Assembly (NCBI GenBank): GCA_033763315.1
Contig: JANRKS010000032.1
Span: 544,001-608,000 of the forward strand
Source: Deltaproteobacteria bacterium
GTDB lineage: Bacteria > Myxococcota_A > Polyangia > Fen-1088
Direction of reading: 5' to 3'
DNA length: 64,000 nt
Of the stretch, positions 8,117 to 17,767 are shown one piece after another. The notes beneath the pieces were generated by a model, which was not told the origin of the DNA, did not search any database, and saw only the letters and a program-made list of their open reading frames with translations. The translations under genes and the position numbers were made by a program. Every line of letters begins with the position of its first letter. Within the stretch, counting starts at the first letter, position 1.

Positions 8117-9145
8117 AAGTCCCCTTCGTCGCCCGGCGCTCACCCTTCCTGGTCTTTTGGTGCGGGCCTCTGGATGTTCGGCCAGTTCGTTGATCGTTAT
8201 GCCTCCGACGCCTATGGCCCACCGGTGAGCACCGTGGAAGCCATCGACCGCGCTGGCCGGGTGGGATCGTTGTCTGTGTTGGACATCAACTACCCATTCA
8301 GCGAAGCCTCGATTGATGTGCCTGAAGTTAAAGCCGCGCTTGAGCGCAACCACCTGCGCGCGTGGGCCGTGACGCCTCACATCTACACGCGCGAGTTTCA
8401 AAAAGGCGCTTTCACCAACCCCGATCCCAGCGTGCGCAAAGGCGCCATCGAGCTGTGCAAAGAAGCGATTGAAGTCGCGCGCGGTTTGGGCGCCAAGTAT
8501 GTGAAGTTTTGGCCCGGCCAAGACGGTTTCGATTACCCATTTCAGGCCGATTACGGCGAGCTGTGGGATCTCACAGTGGCGGGCATCAAAGAGGTGGCCA
8601 GCGCGGATCCGAATATGCAATTCGCGATCGAATACAAGTTCAAGGAGCCACGCACTCACATGACCTTGAGCACGGCTGCACGCACGCTGCTTGCCATTGA
8701 AGAGGCCGGCTTGCCGAACGTGGGCATCGTGATGGACTTGGGCCATTCGCTGTTCGCGCAGGAAACGCCTGCAGAAGTGGTGGAACTTGTGCACCGCCGC
8801 AAGCGCTTAACAAGCGTGGAGCTCAACGACAATTGGCGGCAATGGGATGACGATCTCACGGTGGGCGCGGTGCACTTGGTCGAAACGCTTGAGTACCTGT
8901 GGGCCCTGCGCAAGATCAACTGGCAAGGCCCGCTGCTGCTGGATCAGTTTCCCTTCCGTGAAGATAGCGTCGCGGCGGCTCAACAAAGCATTGCCACGAT
9001 CAAAGCCTTGGTGCGCACGCTCGACAAGATCGACGGGGAGACCCTGCGAGCCGCACAACGCAAACAAGACGCGCTGGCCGCGCAGCGCTTGGTGCAGAAG
9101 TTGTTTCTGCAGGAGTTTGATCTGGCGGACGGGGGCCGGAAGTGA
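8102..9145 (+). CDS. apsI: Xylose-isomerase-like TIM barrel, probable D-apiose isomerase
   Basis: FGAGLW.F..F.DRYA.D.YGP, GAFTNPDP, YVK.WPGQDG.DYPFQ, FAIEYK..EPR, D.GH, NDN.R.WDDDL.VG.VH and LDQFPFRE match the ApsI family as I recall it. Gene context agrees. Confidence 0.8.
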   Translation: MNKHAKSPSSPGAHPSWSFGAGLWMFGQFVDRYASDAYGPPVSTVEAIDRAGRVGSLSVLDINYPFSEASIDVPEVKAALERNHLRAWAVTPHIYTREFQKGAFTNPDPSVRKGAIELCKEAIEVARGLGAKYVKFWPGQDGFDYPFQADYGELWDLTVAGIKEVASADPNMQFAIEYKFKEPRTHMTLSTAARTLLAIEEAGLPNVGIVMDLGHSLFAQETPAEVVELVHRRKRLTSVELNDNWRQWDDDLTVGAVHLVETLEYLWALRKINWQGPLLLDQFPFREDSVAAAQQSIATIKALVRTLDKIDGETLRAAQRKQDALAAQRLVQKLFLQEFDLADGGRK

Positions 9146-9975
9146 ACTGGCAAGCGCCAGGCTCGCCCGCCGAGCTGCGTGCCGAAGCGCAGGCCGCTCG
9201 TCAAGACGCCCTCAACATGATCGTGGGCGCCGGCTTAGGGCACATTGGTGGTGACTTCTCGGCGCTCGACATCGTGACGGTGCTTTACGGCGCCATCTTG
9301 CGCGTCGATCCCGCGAACCCACGTGCAACCGATCGCGACCGTTTCATCATGAGCAAGGGCCACGCCACCGGTGCACTCTACGTCACCTTGGCCCGGCGCG
9401 GGTTCTTTGCCACGGAAGAGCTGCGTACCTTTGCCAAGCCGCTTTCGCGCTTGGGGGGCCACCCCGATCGCACGAAACTGCCAGGCGTGGAGGCCAACAC
9501 AGGCCCCTTAGGTCACGGTCTGCCGGTGGCGGTGGGGGCGGCCTTGGCGGCGAAGCTTTCGGGCCAAACCTATCGTTCGTTCGTGCTCACGGGCGATGGC
9601 GAGTTGCAAGAGGGCAGCAACTGGGAGGCGGCCATGACCGCAGCCCACAACAAGTTGGATAACCTTGTTGTCACGGTGGATCGCAATCACTTGCAACAAG
9701 GCGATCGCACCGAGAACACGATGGCGCTTGAATCGCTGGCAGCCAAATGGGCGGCGTTCGGTTTCGAGGTTGTGCACGTGGACGGGCACGATCATAAGGC
9801 GCTGCTCGAAGTTTACAGCCACGTTCCCGTGCGTGAAGGCAAACCCACCGTGGTGATCGCGCGCACCACCAAAGGCAAAGGCGTTAGCTTCATGGAAGAC
9901 GGCGCGGCCTGGCATCACAAAGTTCCTTCGGCCGCTGAGTGCGCGGCCGCGCTGCGCGAACTGCAAACGAGCTAA
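9142..9975 (+). CDS. aptA: Split transketolase N-terminal (TPP-binding) subunit, probable apulose-4-phosphate transketolase A
   Basis: GHIGGDFS, DRFIMSKGH, GHP, NTGPLGHGLP, GDGELQEGSNWEA, TKGKGVSFME. Confidence 0.8.
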   Translation: MNWQAPGSPAELRAEAQAARQDALNMIVGAGLGHIGGDFSALDIVTVLYGAILRVDPANPRATDRDRFIMSKGHATGALYVTLARRGFFATEELRTFAKPLSRLGGHPDRTKLPGVEANTGPLGHGLPVAVGAALAAKLSGQTYRSFVLTGDGELQEGSNWEAAMTAAHNKLDNLVVTVDRNHLQQGDRTENTMALESLAAKWAAFGFEVVHVDGHDHKALLEVYSHVPVREGKPTVVIARTTKGKGVSFMEDGAAWHHKVPSAAECAAALRELQTS

Positions 9976-9977
9976 AA

Positions 9978-10940
9978 ATGGAAAAACTGTTTGATTGTAG
10001 AGACGCGTTCGCCGCCACCTTGGAAGCGTTGGCCGAGCAGGATCCGCGCGTGGTGGTTGTGTGCAACGACTCGGTCGGTTCAAGCAAGCTTTCGGGTTTC
10101 AAGCAACGTTTCGCCGATCGCCTGGTGAATGTGGGCATCGCCGAACAGAACATGATCGGCGTGGCGGCGGGGCTTGCAAACGGTGGCAAAATACCGTTTG
10201 TGTGCGGCGCTTCGTGTTTCCTCACCGGTCGGGCGCTTGAACAGATCAAAGCTGATTTGGCCTACGCCAAAGCCAACGTTAAGCTGTGTGGCATGTCGAG
10301 CGGCATGGCCTACGGCGAGCTTGGGCCCACACATCATTCAATCGAAGATCTGGCGTGGACGAGGGCCATCGCTGATCTCGCAGTGGTGGTGCCTTCTGAT
10401 CCCATCGAAACGCGGGAGGCCGTTAAATTCGCGCACGCGTATACGGGGCCTGTGTTCTTGCGTCTTTCGCGCATGGGGGTGCCCGCCGTGCACACGGAAG
10501 ATTATCAGTTCGCGTTTGGCAAGGCTGATGAACTGCGCGCCGGTCACGACGTGACTTTGATCGCAAACGGCACGCTGGTCACACGCTGCTTGCAAGCGGC
10601 TCAACGGCTTGGCGACGGTGGCATCTCGGCGCGCGTGTTGAACATGCACAGCGTGCGGCCCCTGGATGATGCCGCTGTTGTTGCCGCCGCACGCGAGACG
10701 GGCGCCTTGGTCACAGTGGAAGAGCACACGACGCGTGGAGGTTTGGGCGGCGCCGTCGCTGAAGCGGTGGTGCAAGGGGCGCCTGTGCCGATGGCGATCC
10801 TGGGTGTGCCCGGCGTGTTCGCTCCCACAGGGTCGGCTGAATTTCTGTTGGACCATTTTGGCATGAGCGTGGACGGCATCGTGCAAGCCGCGCGCGGCGT
10901 GATCGCGCGCAAAGAGCCGCGGCAAAAGGCAGCTGTGTGA
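9978..10940 (+). CDS. aptB: Split transketolase C-terminal subunit, probable apulose-4-phosphate transketolase B
   Basis: DCRDAF, VNVGIAEQN, RALEQIKAD, YGELGPTHHSIED, TVEEH...GGLG. Start placed at ATG 9978. Confidence 0.8.
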   Translation: MEKLFDCRDAFAATLEALAEQDPRVVVVCNDSVGSSKLSGFKQRFADRLVNVGIAEQNMIGVAAGLANGGKIPFVCGASCFLTGRALEQIKADLAYAKANVKLCGMSSGMAYGELGPTHHSIEDLAWTRAIADLAVVVPSDPIETREAVKFAHAYTGPVFLRLSRMGVPAVHTEDYQFAFGKADELRAGHDVTLIANGTLVTRCLQAAQRLGDGGISARVLNMHSVRPLDDAAVVAAARETGALVTVEEHTTRGGLGGAVAEAVVQGAPVPMAILGVPGVFAPTGSAEFLLDHFGMSVDGIVQAARGVIARKEPRQKAAV

Positions 10941-12421
10941 CGCGGCCCTATGTGCTCGCGATCGATCAAGGCACCACCAATACGAAAGTCTTGGCGGTTG
11001 ATGCCGATGGCCGCGTCTTGGCGAAGGCGTCCGAGCCTTTGCCCATCGCATACCCGGAACCGGGCTGGGTGCAGTGTGAAGCCCAGGCGCTGTGGAACAC
11101 GGTGCAATTGGCATGCGCCAAGGTGCTCGCCGAACTGCATCCCCAGCTGCCGGCGGCAATCGGGATCAGCAACCAACGTGAATCGACCCTCGCGTGGGAC
11201 AAACGCACCGGCGAGGCGTTGGGCCCTGTGGTCGTGTGGCAATGCCGGCGCTCCACGGCGTTGTGCGATCGCGTCCGTGAACACGCCAGCACCATCCACA
11301 AGATCACCGGCCTTGGCGTGGATCCGCTGTTCTCAAGCACGAAGATGCAGTGGTTGCTGCAAAACATTCCGCAAGCCGCGCGCGCGGCTTCGCAAGGCCA
11401 CTTGGCGCTCGGCACCGTGGACGCGTGGTTGTTGTGGAATCTGACGGGCGGCGCCGCGTTCGCAACCGACGCCTCCAACGCCAGCCGAACGCAGTTGTAT
11501 GGCTTGCAAAGCGGAAGCTGGGACGCCGCTATGTGTGAGCTGTTCGATGTGCCTATGCACGCGTTGCCGGAGATCAAAGCCACGAACGCCTTGTTCGGTC
11601 ACACGGCCAGCGGCTCAGGACTGCCCGCGGGCGTACCCATCTTTGCGTTGTTCGCTGATTCACACGCGGCTTTCTTTGCTCATGGCGCCACACAGGGTGG
11701 GGTGAAGGCCACGTACGGCACAGGCTCGTCTTTGTTGGCCACCACACCCCAGCTTGTTTTGTCGCAACGGGGGTTGTCATCGACGGTGGCGTGGCGGCTC
11801 CAAGGCGACGCCGCCGCGACGTTTGCGTTAGAAGGCAACGTTGCGGTCGCCGGTGCGGCCTTGCAATGGTTGGCGCAGGTGCTGTTTGGCAACGATGATG
11901 TGGCGCGCGTGGCTGCGTTGGCGGCCAGCGTTCCAGACGCCGCGGGGGTGTATTTGGTGCCTGCGTTCGTGGGCTTGGGGGCGCCGCATTGGGAACCGAA
12001 CGCGCGCGGTTTGCTGACGGGCCTCACCCGGGGCACAACCGCGGCGCACATCTGCCGGGCGGGCTTAGAATCGCTGGCTTATCAGGTCAAGGATGTGATC
12101 ACGGCGCTTGAAGCCGAGCAGGGCGCGGCTTACGCGTCTGTGTTCGCCGACGGCGGCGCCAGCGGCAACGATTCGTTGATGCAATTTCAGGCGGACACCT
12201 TAGATCGGCAGGTGTTGCGTGCGTCGCAGCCTGATCTGTCTGCCTTAGGCACCGCGTATATGGCGGGCCTCGGCGCCGGCCTGTGGAATTCCGTGAAGGA
12301 CGTCGCTGCCTTACCGAAGGATCGCCACAGCTTTGTTCCGCGTATGCCCGCCCACGTGCGCGAAACGGCCTACGAGGGGTGGAAGCGCGCCATCGCGCAA
12401 GTGCTTGAGCGCGGCCACTAA
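10937..12421 (+). CDS. aplK: FGGY carbohydrate kinase (glycerol-kinase-like), probable apulose kinase
   Basis: AIDQGTTNTK, ISNQRES, WQC.R, TDASNASRTQL, KATYGTGSS, VPAF.GLGAP.W, DGG. Last gene of the isomerase-transketolase operon. Confidence 0.72.
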   Translation: MTRPYVLAIDQGTTNTKVLAVDADGRVLAKASEPLPIAYPEPGWVQCEAQALWNTVQLACAKVLAELHPQLPAAIGISNQRESTLAWDKRTGEALGPVVVWQCRRSTALCDRVREHASTIHKITGLGVDPLFSSTKMQWLLQNIPQAARAASQGHLALGTVDAWLLWNLTGGAAFATDASNASRTQLYGLQSGSWDAAMCELFDVPMHALPEIKATNALFGHTASGSGLPAGVPIFALFADSHAAFFAHGATQGGVKATYGTGSSLLATTPQLVLSQRGLSSTVAWRLQGDAAATFALEGNVAVAGAALQWLAQVLFGNDDVARVAALAASVPDAAGVYLVPAFVGLGAPHWEPNARGLLTGLTRGTTAAHICRAGLESLAYQVKDVITALEAEQGAAYASVFADGGASGNDSLMQFQADTLDRQVLRASQPDLSALGTAYMAGLGAGLWNSVKDVAALPKDRHSFVPRMPAHVRETAYEGWKRAIAQVLERGH

Positions 12422-12525
12422 GGGCCTACGATCACCCGCGACCGAACCACGACAGCCGCGTCGCGTTTATGCGGCGGCTGCAAACGCGGTCGAATGAAAT
12501 TCGATGCTTAGCGCACAAAAAGCCT

Positions 12526-12541
12526 TGGCCCTGCGGTTGCA
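12526..12541 (+). promoter_or_regulatory. sigma54-type promoter of the vWA gene
   Basis: TGGCCCTGCGGTTGCA, GG-N10-GC, 16 nt before ATG 12556. Confidence 0.6.
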
Positions 12542-12555
12542 GTCAAGGCTTGCTC

Positions 12556-14259
12556 ATGAGCCAGACTGCGCGATTTCATCAAGCCCTTGTGTTGTGCACC
12601 GCCTTGGCCTTCGTGTTGGCCAGCGGGGCGTGTACGAGTATGGACGCGGACGAAGGATCGTGGAACGATCAGGGCACCACCAACAGCCCTACGGTTCCCG
12701 CCAATTCGGGTGCGGCCGGATCTTCGGGCACCTCCAACGCGGGTCCCTTCGTGGGTGCAGATGCCGGTGCGCCGCTGGGCTCCGGTGGGTTTTCGGGCAC
12801 GGGTGGCATGCCCGGCACCGGCGGCGGGGCTGTGGCGGCGGTGTTGCCCACGAACCCGTTCGTCAACGTGGCTCACGATCCCTTCTCCACGTTTGCGACC
12901 GACGTGGACACCGCCAGCTACGACATCTTTCGTCGTGACGTGAACCTCGGGCGGTTGCCGCAAGCCAGCCAAGTTCGGCTCGAAGAGTTCGTCAACAGCT
13001 TTGCTTATGAATACGCGGCGCCTGCACCCACCTCAGAGGTGCCGTTCGCCATTGGCATCAAGGCCGCCGTCTCACCGTTTGCTTCTGGCACCACATTGGT
13101 GCGTGTGAATGTGCAAGGCAAATCTGCGGCGGCCGTTGAGAAAAAGCCGGCCAACATCGTTTACCTCATTGACGTGTCGGGCAGCATGGCAAGCGATGAT
13201 AAGTTGCCCTTGGTCAAACAGGTGGCGCGCGCAAGCTTGGATGTCTTGTCACCCACCGATAAGGTTTCCATCGTCACCTACTCAGGGTCGACCGAACTCA
13301 AACTATCGGCTGTGCCCGCCTCTGAGAAAACAAGAATTCGCGCCGTGATTGACGGGTTGCGCGCCGCTGGTTCCACGGCGGGAGGCAGCGGCATCACGCT
13401 CGCTTATGAAGCGGCTGCCGCGGGCTTCATCCCAGGCGGCATCAACCACGTGATCATGTGCACCGATGGTGATTTCAACGTTGGCATCAGCAGCACCGAC
13501 GCGCTCGTTCGACTGATTGAGGAGAAACGCAAGACGGGGATCACCTTAACGGCGCTCGGTTTTGGCTCAGACAATTTGAACGACCTGATGATGGAACGCG
13601 TGAGCAACGCGGGCAATGGCGTGTACGCCGTGATCAGCAACGAAGGCCAAGCGGCCACTTATGTGCGCGACTCGCTGTTGTCGACCATCGTTCACATTGC
13701 CAAAGACGTGAAGATCCAAGTTGAGTTCAACCCGGCGCGCGTGGTGGCTTATCGGTTGTTGGGCTATGAAAATCGGGCCATCGCCGACACCAACTTCCGC
13801 AACGACGCCATTGATGCAGGCGAAATTGGCGCCGGCCACCGCGTGACAGCGCTTTACGAAGTGGTGCTTGTGGGAGGCGTTGTGCCGATGCCGGTCGGCG
13901 CGCCGGCGGTGCAGACGGGGGCACCTGTGGCCGGTGCGCGGGAAACGCTGGCCACCGATTTGGCGATGGTCAAGGTGCGCTACAAGTTGCCTGGCGCCAC
14001 CGAATCCGACGCCGCCCGCGAAGTGAACGGGCACCTCAGTGGTGACGAGGTTGTGCAGACCTTGGCCGCCGCAGACGCCGACACGCAGTGGGCGGCCGCG
14101 GTGGCGGCGTTTGCCGAGGTGCTCAAGGGCAGCCCGTTTGCGAACCGCGGGAACCTCGGCACCATTGCCGCGGTGGTTGAAGCTCAAAAATCGCGCGACG
14201 AAGGGCGTGGTGAATTTGCGGTGCTGTTTGCCAAAGCCGTGAAGCTGCTTGGGCAGTGA
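12556..14259 (+). CDS. YfbK-like von Willebrand factor A domain lipoprotein (vWF_A + VWA + DUF3520-type)
   Basis: Lipobox SGAC, Gly-rich linker, STF..DVDTASY, MIDAS motif DVSGSM, TDGDFNVG, IAKDVKIQVEFNP, YRLLGYENR, DAGEIGAGH.VTALYE. Confidence 0.9.
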   Translation: MSQTARFHQALVLCTALAFVLASGACTSMDADEGSWNDQGTTNSPTVPANSGAAGSSGTSNAGPFVGADAGAPLGSGGFSGTGGMPGTGGGAVAAVLPTNPFVNVAHDPFSTFATDVDTASYDIFRRDVNLGRLPQASQVRLEEFVNSFAYEYAAPAPTSEVPFAIGIKAAVSPFASGTTLVRVNVQGKSAAAVEKKPANIVYLIDVSGSMASDDKLPLVKQVARASLDVLSPTDKVSIVTYSGSTELKLSAVPASEKTRIRAVIDGLRAAGSTAGGSGITLAYEAAAAGFIPGGINHVIMCTDGDFNVGISSTDALVRLIEEKRKTGITLTALGFGSDNLNDLMMERVSNAGNGVYAVISNEGQAATYVRDSLLSTIVHIAKDVKIQVEFNPARVVAYRLLGYENRAIADTNFRNDAIDAGEIGAGHRVTALYEVVLVGGVVPMPVGAPAVQTGAPVAGARETLATDLAMVKVRYKLPGATESDAAREVNGHLSGDEVVQTLAAADADTQWAAAVAAFAEVLKGSPFANRGNLGTIAAVVEAQKSRDEGRGEFAVLFAKAVKLLGQ

Positions 14260-14262
14260 AAA

Positions 14263-14302
14263 GCGAAGCCGCCCGGGTTTTCTTGGCTTCGCGAAGCCGC
14301 CC
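14263..14302. terminator. Hairpin/palindrome downstream of the vWA gene
   Basis: GCGAAGCC (14263-14270) pairs with GGCTTCGC (14285-14292). Perfect palindrome GGCTTCGCGAAGCC at 14285-14298. No clear U-tract. Confidence 0.35.
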
Positions 14303-14421
14303 CCGTGTCGGCCAGCGGTGGCCGTGGTAGTGTCCACGGCCCGCTGTGACTGCACGTTATTGCCGTTTGCCGTTGTATGTAAACCCCGTTTTGGCTGCGC
14401 CCGGCTACGCTGGAGCGGCGT

Positions 14422-15432
14422 ATGTCTGAACGACCCAAACTTGCGCCTGGCGCGGGCGACGATCGACGCAGCAGCGCCGATCCGCGTGAGCTGCGCTTGC
14501 TGGCCAAAGCGGCACGCCTTTACTACGAAAAGGGCCTAAGCCAGGCCGAAATTGGCGCGATCATGGATCTCTCGCAAGCCACAGTGTCGCGTCTTCTCAA
14601 ACGCGCTTTGGATGAGAAGATCGTGCGCATCACGGTCAGCATTCCGGGCGGCACGTGCCCCGAGATCGAAGATCAGCTCGAACGCCGTTACAACATGCGC
14701 GAGGTGATCGTGGTGGACGCCGTGGGCGACGAGGCCGACACGCTCAAAGATCTAGGCGCCGCTGCTGCTTTCTACGTGGAAACAACCCTAAAGCCGGGCA
14801 CGGTGGTTGGGATCTCTTCGTGGAGCTCCACGCTGCTGGCGATGGTGGACGCCATGCACCCGCCGTTGCGCGGCGGCGGCACGAAGGTTGTGCAAATCTT
14901 GGGTGGCGTGGGCAGCCCCACCGCCGAAGTGCACGCCACGCGGTTGACGCAAAGGCTGGCGCAACTGTTGGGGGGGCAAGCGGTGTTGTTGCCTGCGCCC
15001 GGCGTGGTGGCCAGCCCAGAGACGCGGCGGGTTCTGTTAAAGGATCCCTACATCGCTGATTCGCTGCAGGCGCTTGAGCAAGTGGAGGTGGCGCTGGTGG
15101 GCATCGGGGATCTCGAACCGTCCAAGCTGCTGGCCGCCAGTGGCAACGCTTTTTCCGCGAAGGAGTTGGAAAGCCTGCAAAAGCTCGGTGCCGTGGGTGA
15201 CATTTGCCTACGGTTCTTCGACAAGGAAGGCAAGGCCGTGCCATCCAAGCTGGATGAGCGGGTGATCGGCATGTCGCTGGCGCAGCTGGCGAAAGTGCAA
15301 CGCACGGTGGGTGTGGCGGCTGGCAAACGCAAAGTGCCCGCCATCGCAGCCGCTCTGCGCGCGCGGTTGGTCAGCGTCTTGGTCACCGACAAAACCACCG
15401 CCTTAGCCATCTTGGCCCACGACGAAGCCTGA
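14422..15432 (+). CDS. SorC/DeoR-type sugar-binding transcriptional regulator
   Basis: HTH ARLYYE.GLSQ.EI....LSQATVSRLL, then a sugar-binding domain (GISSWS.T, ALVGIG, GAVGDI.LRFFD, LVTD). Confidence 0.92.
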   Translation: MSERPKLAPGAGDDRRSSADPRELRLLAKAARLYYEKGLSQAEIGAIMDLSQATVSRLLKRALDEKIVRITVSIPGGTCPEIEDQLERRYNMREVIVVDAVGDEADTLKDLGAAAAFYVETTLKPGTVVGISSWSSTLLAMVDAMHPPLRGGGTKVVQILGGVGSPTAEVHATRLTQRLAQLLGGQAVLLPAPGVVASPETRRVLLKDPYIADSLQALEQVEVALVGIGDLEPSKLLAASGNAFSAKELESLQKLGAVGDICLRFFDKEGKAVPSKLDERVIGMSLAQLAKVQRTVGVAAGKRKVPAIAAALRARLVSVLVTDKTTALAILAHDEA

Positions 15433-15529
15433 GTCCGTTCAGCAAATTTGCGGCAAACGAAAACTCCCCGAAACAAACAGTCGCGTACACTGTCGACGCT
15501 CGTCACAGCCGCGCTTGCTAGGAACACAT

Positions 15530-16864
15530 ATGAAACGACGTACAAAGATCATTGCCACCTTGGGCCCCGCTCTTGATGAAGGCGACGCCTTGGAGCGGTT
15601 GCTGAAGGCCGGAGCCGACGTTTTGCGCGTGAACCTTTCGCACGCTTCACCCCGGCAGCAGCTCGATCGCGTGCGGCGCGCCCGCGCCATCAAGCCCGAC
15701 GTGGCCATCTTGGTTGATTTGTGTGGCCCGAAGTTGCGTTTGGGCGAGTTGCCGCAAGAAGTTCTAGTGCAGGCCGAAGAAATGGTGATTCTGGGCGCGG
15801 GGGGCATCCCGGTTGGCGATCCCACGCTTTACGCTCGTGTGCGACCGGGTGATCCTGTCTACATCGCGGACGGCACGATTGCCTTGGAGGCGATTTCATC
15901 GGGCAGCGATTACGTCAAGTGCCGCGTGATTGTGGGCGGGACCATACGTTCGCGCAAAGGCATCAATTTGCCGTTGGATGTCTCGTCGCTGCCGTGTTTG
16001 ACCGAAAAAGACAAGGCGGATTTGGCCGACATCGATATCTTGGAGCCTGACTTCGTTGCTTTGTCTTACGTGCGCCATGAGCAAGACCTGGCGGATTTGC
16101 GCAAGCTGACCAAGTACCCCATCGTTGCGAAGATCGAAAAGCAACAGGCACTGGATCGCTTAACGCAGATCGTGGCGTCCGCTGACGCGGTGATGGTGGC
16201 GCGCGGTGATCTGGGTGTTGAGATTCCGATCGAAAAAGTGCCTGCAAACCAAAAACGTTTGATTCGCGAGGCCAACCGCGTGGGGCACGGCGTGATCACG
16301 GCGACGCAGATGCTGATGTCGATGGTGACCAACCCACTGCCCACGCGCGCCGAAGTCACCGACGTGGCCAACGCCGTTCTCGATGGCACAGACGCCGTGA
16401 TGCTTTCTGAAGAAACCGCCGTGGGCCGCGATCCGGCTGGTGCGGTCAACATGATGGCGCGCGTGCTGGCCGAAACCGAACCGCTGTTGGTGGAGCACGA
16501 AGGGCCTTCGCGCTCGATTCCCGAAAATGCCTTGGCCTACGCCGCCGCCAAGCTCGCCGAAGATTTGGACGCGGCCGCCATCGTGGCGCCCACGCGCACA
16601 GGTCTCAGCGCGCTTCGTTTGGCGGCCTTTCGCCCGAAGCGGCCGATCTTGGCTTACAGCCGTGTGCCTGCCACCACGCGACGTCTGCACATGGCGTGGG
16701 GAGTGACTCCGATCGATCTGGTTGTTCCCGAAGGCGTGGATCCTTTGCAGGCCACCCTGGACGCCGCTCGACGTGATCTGCCACCTGGCTCGCGCGTGGT
16801 GCTGCTCGACATATCGCCGATGCATCCCGGCGTGCCTTCGTTGGTCAACGCCATCACGCTTTGA
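15530..16864 (+). CDS. pyk: Pyruvate kinase
   Basis: RRTKIIATLGPA, R.NLSH, DL.GPKLR, AKIE, MVARGDLGVE, TATQML.SM, PTRAEVTDVANAVLDGTDAVMLSEETA.G. Confidence 0.96.
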   Translation: MKRRTKIIATLGPALDEGDALERLLKAGADVLRVNLSHASPRQQLDRVRRARAIKPDVAILVDLCGPKLRLGELPQEVLVQAEEMVILGAGGIPVGDPTLYARVRPGDPVYIADGTIALEAISSGSDYVKCRVIVGGTIRSRKGINLPLDVSSLPCLTEKDKADLADIDILEPDFVALSYVRHEQDLADLRKLTKYPIVAKIEKQQALDRLTQIVASADAVMVARGDLGVEIPIEKVPANQKRLIREANRVGHGVITATQMLMSMVTNPLPTRAEVTDVANAVLDGTDAVMLSEETAVGRDPAGAVNMMARVLAETEPLLVEHEGPSRSIPENALAYAAAKLAEDLDAAAIVAPTRTGLSALRLAAFRPKRPILAYSRVPATTRRLHMAWGVTPIDLVVPEGVDPLQATLDAARRDLPPGSRVVLLDISPMHPGVPSLVNAITL

Positions 16865-16884
16865 AGGCTACGCGCGGTGCCTGG

Positions 16885-17706
16885 TCACAGGGGCTGCTTC
16901 GCTGTCGCGACCGTTTTTAACAGATTCAACGCTTGCTCGTGCACAAGGCCGTTGGTTGCCAACACGCGGCCTGTGCGCGCGTCAAACGTGCCGCCATCCA
17001 CATCGGATACGCGCCCCCCGGCCGCCACAACCAAGGCGGCCCCCGCGGCGATGTCCCACGATTGAATGTGGGCCTCCCAATAGCCTTCGATCCAACCCGC
17101 TGCCACAAAGGCAAGATCCAGCGCCGCCGAGCCCACCCGCCGCACGCCGTGCGTGGTGTGAATGAAGGCAGCAAATTCAGGCATGTTCGCGTTTGGTTGG
17201 CCCGCGACGTAAGGAAACCCAGTGGCAAACAATCCATGCGGCAGCGCGGCCGTATGTGAAACCGCTATCGGCATGCCATTGCGCGTGGCCCCGCCCCCCA
17301 CCATGCCCGCGAACGTCCACCCGAGCGCCGGCGCGTGCACCACGCCCACCACGGGCGCATCGTTTACGACCAAACCGATGGACACCGCAAAGAAGGGCAA
17401 GCCATGGGCGAAGTTCATCGTGCCATCCAAAGGATCCACATACCAAACGCACTTGGCGTGGCTTGGGCCAATGCGGCTGCCTTCCTCGCCCACGATGGCG
17501 TGTTCGGGAAAATCGGCGGCCAAGCGCTTCATCACCACCTCTTCGGCGCGCTTGTCATATTCAGTCACCAGGTCGGTGGGCGCGGATTTGGTTTGAGTGG
17601 CCGGTCGTTGCCCCCAGCCCTGCAACAGCACCTCGCCCGCCGCGTGTGCGGTTGCCACTGTCAACGGCAACACATTGGGGTTCAACAAAGGTGTCGTAAA
17701 GGCCAT
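16885..17706 (-). CDS. suhB: Inositol monophosphatase family protein
   Basis: DLVTEYD, GEEG, WYVDPLDGT.NFAHG, RR.GSAALDL, WDIAAG. Start placed at ATG 17706. Confidence 0.9.
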   Translation of the reverse strand: MAFTTPLLNPNVLPLTVATAHAAGEVLLQGWGQRPATQTKSAPTDLVTEYDKRAEEVVMKRLAADFPEHAIVGEEGSRIGPSHAKCVWYVDPLDGTMNFAHGLPFFAVSIGLVVNDAPVVGVVHAPALGWTFAGMVGGGATRNGMPIAVSHTAALPHGLFATGFPYVAGQPNANMPEFAAFIHTTHGVRRVGSAALDLAFVAAGWIEGYWEAHIQSWDIAAGAALVVAAGGRVSDVDGGTFDARTGRVLATNGLVHEQALNLLKTVATAKQPL

Positions 17707-17767
17707 GCCCTCATCGATACCACGGCCCGTCGCGTCTGCGAGGGCAAAGCGCTGTTCACGCGGGTAC

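Noticed and set aside
8102-9145. Calling the isomerase xylA
   Set aside because: It is shorter, with N-terminal and metal-site motifs matching the ApsI-like group, and there is no xylB-type context.
10937-12421. Calling the kinase glpK
   Set aside because: Motifs differ from true glycerol kinases (WQCRR and ADSHA rather than WQD/GDQQA), and the operon context points to apulose kinase.
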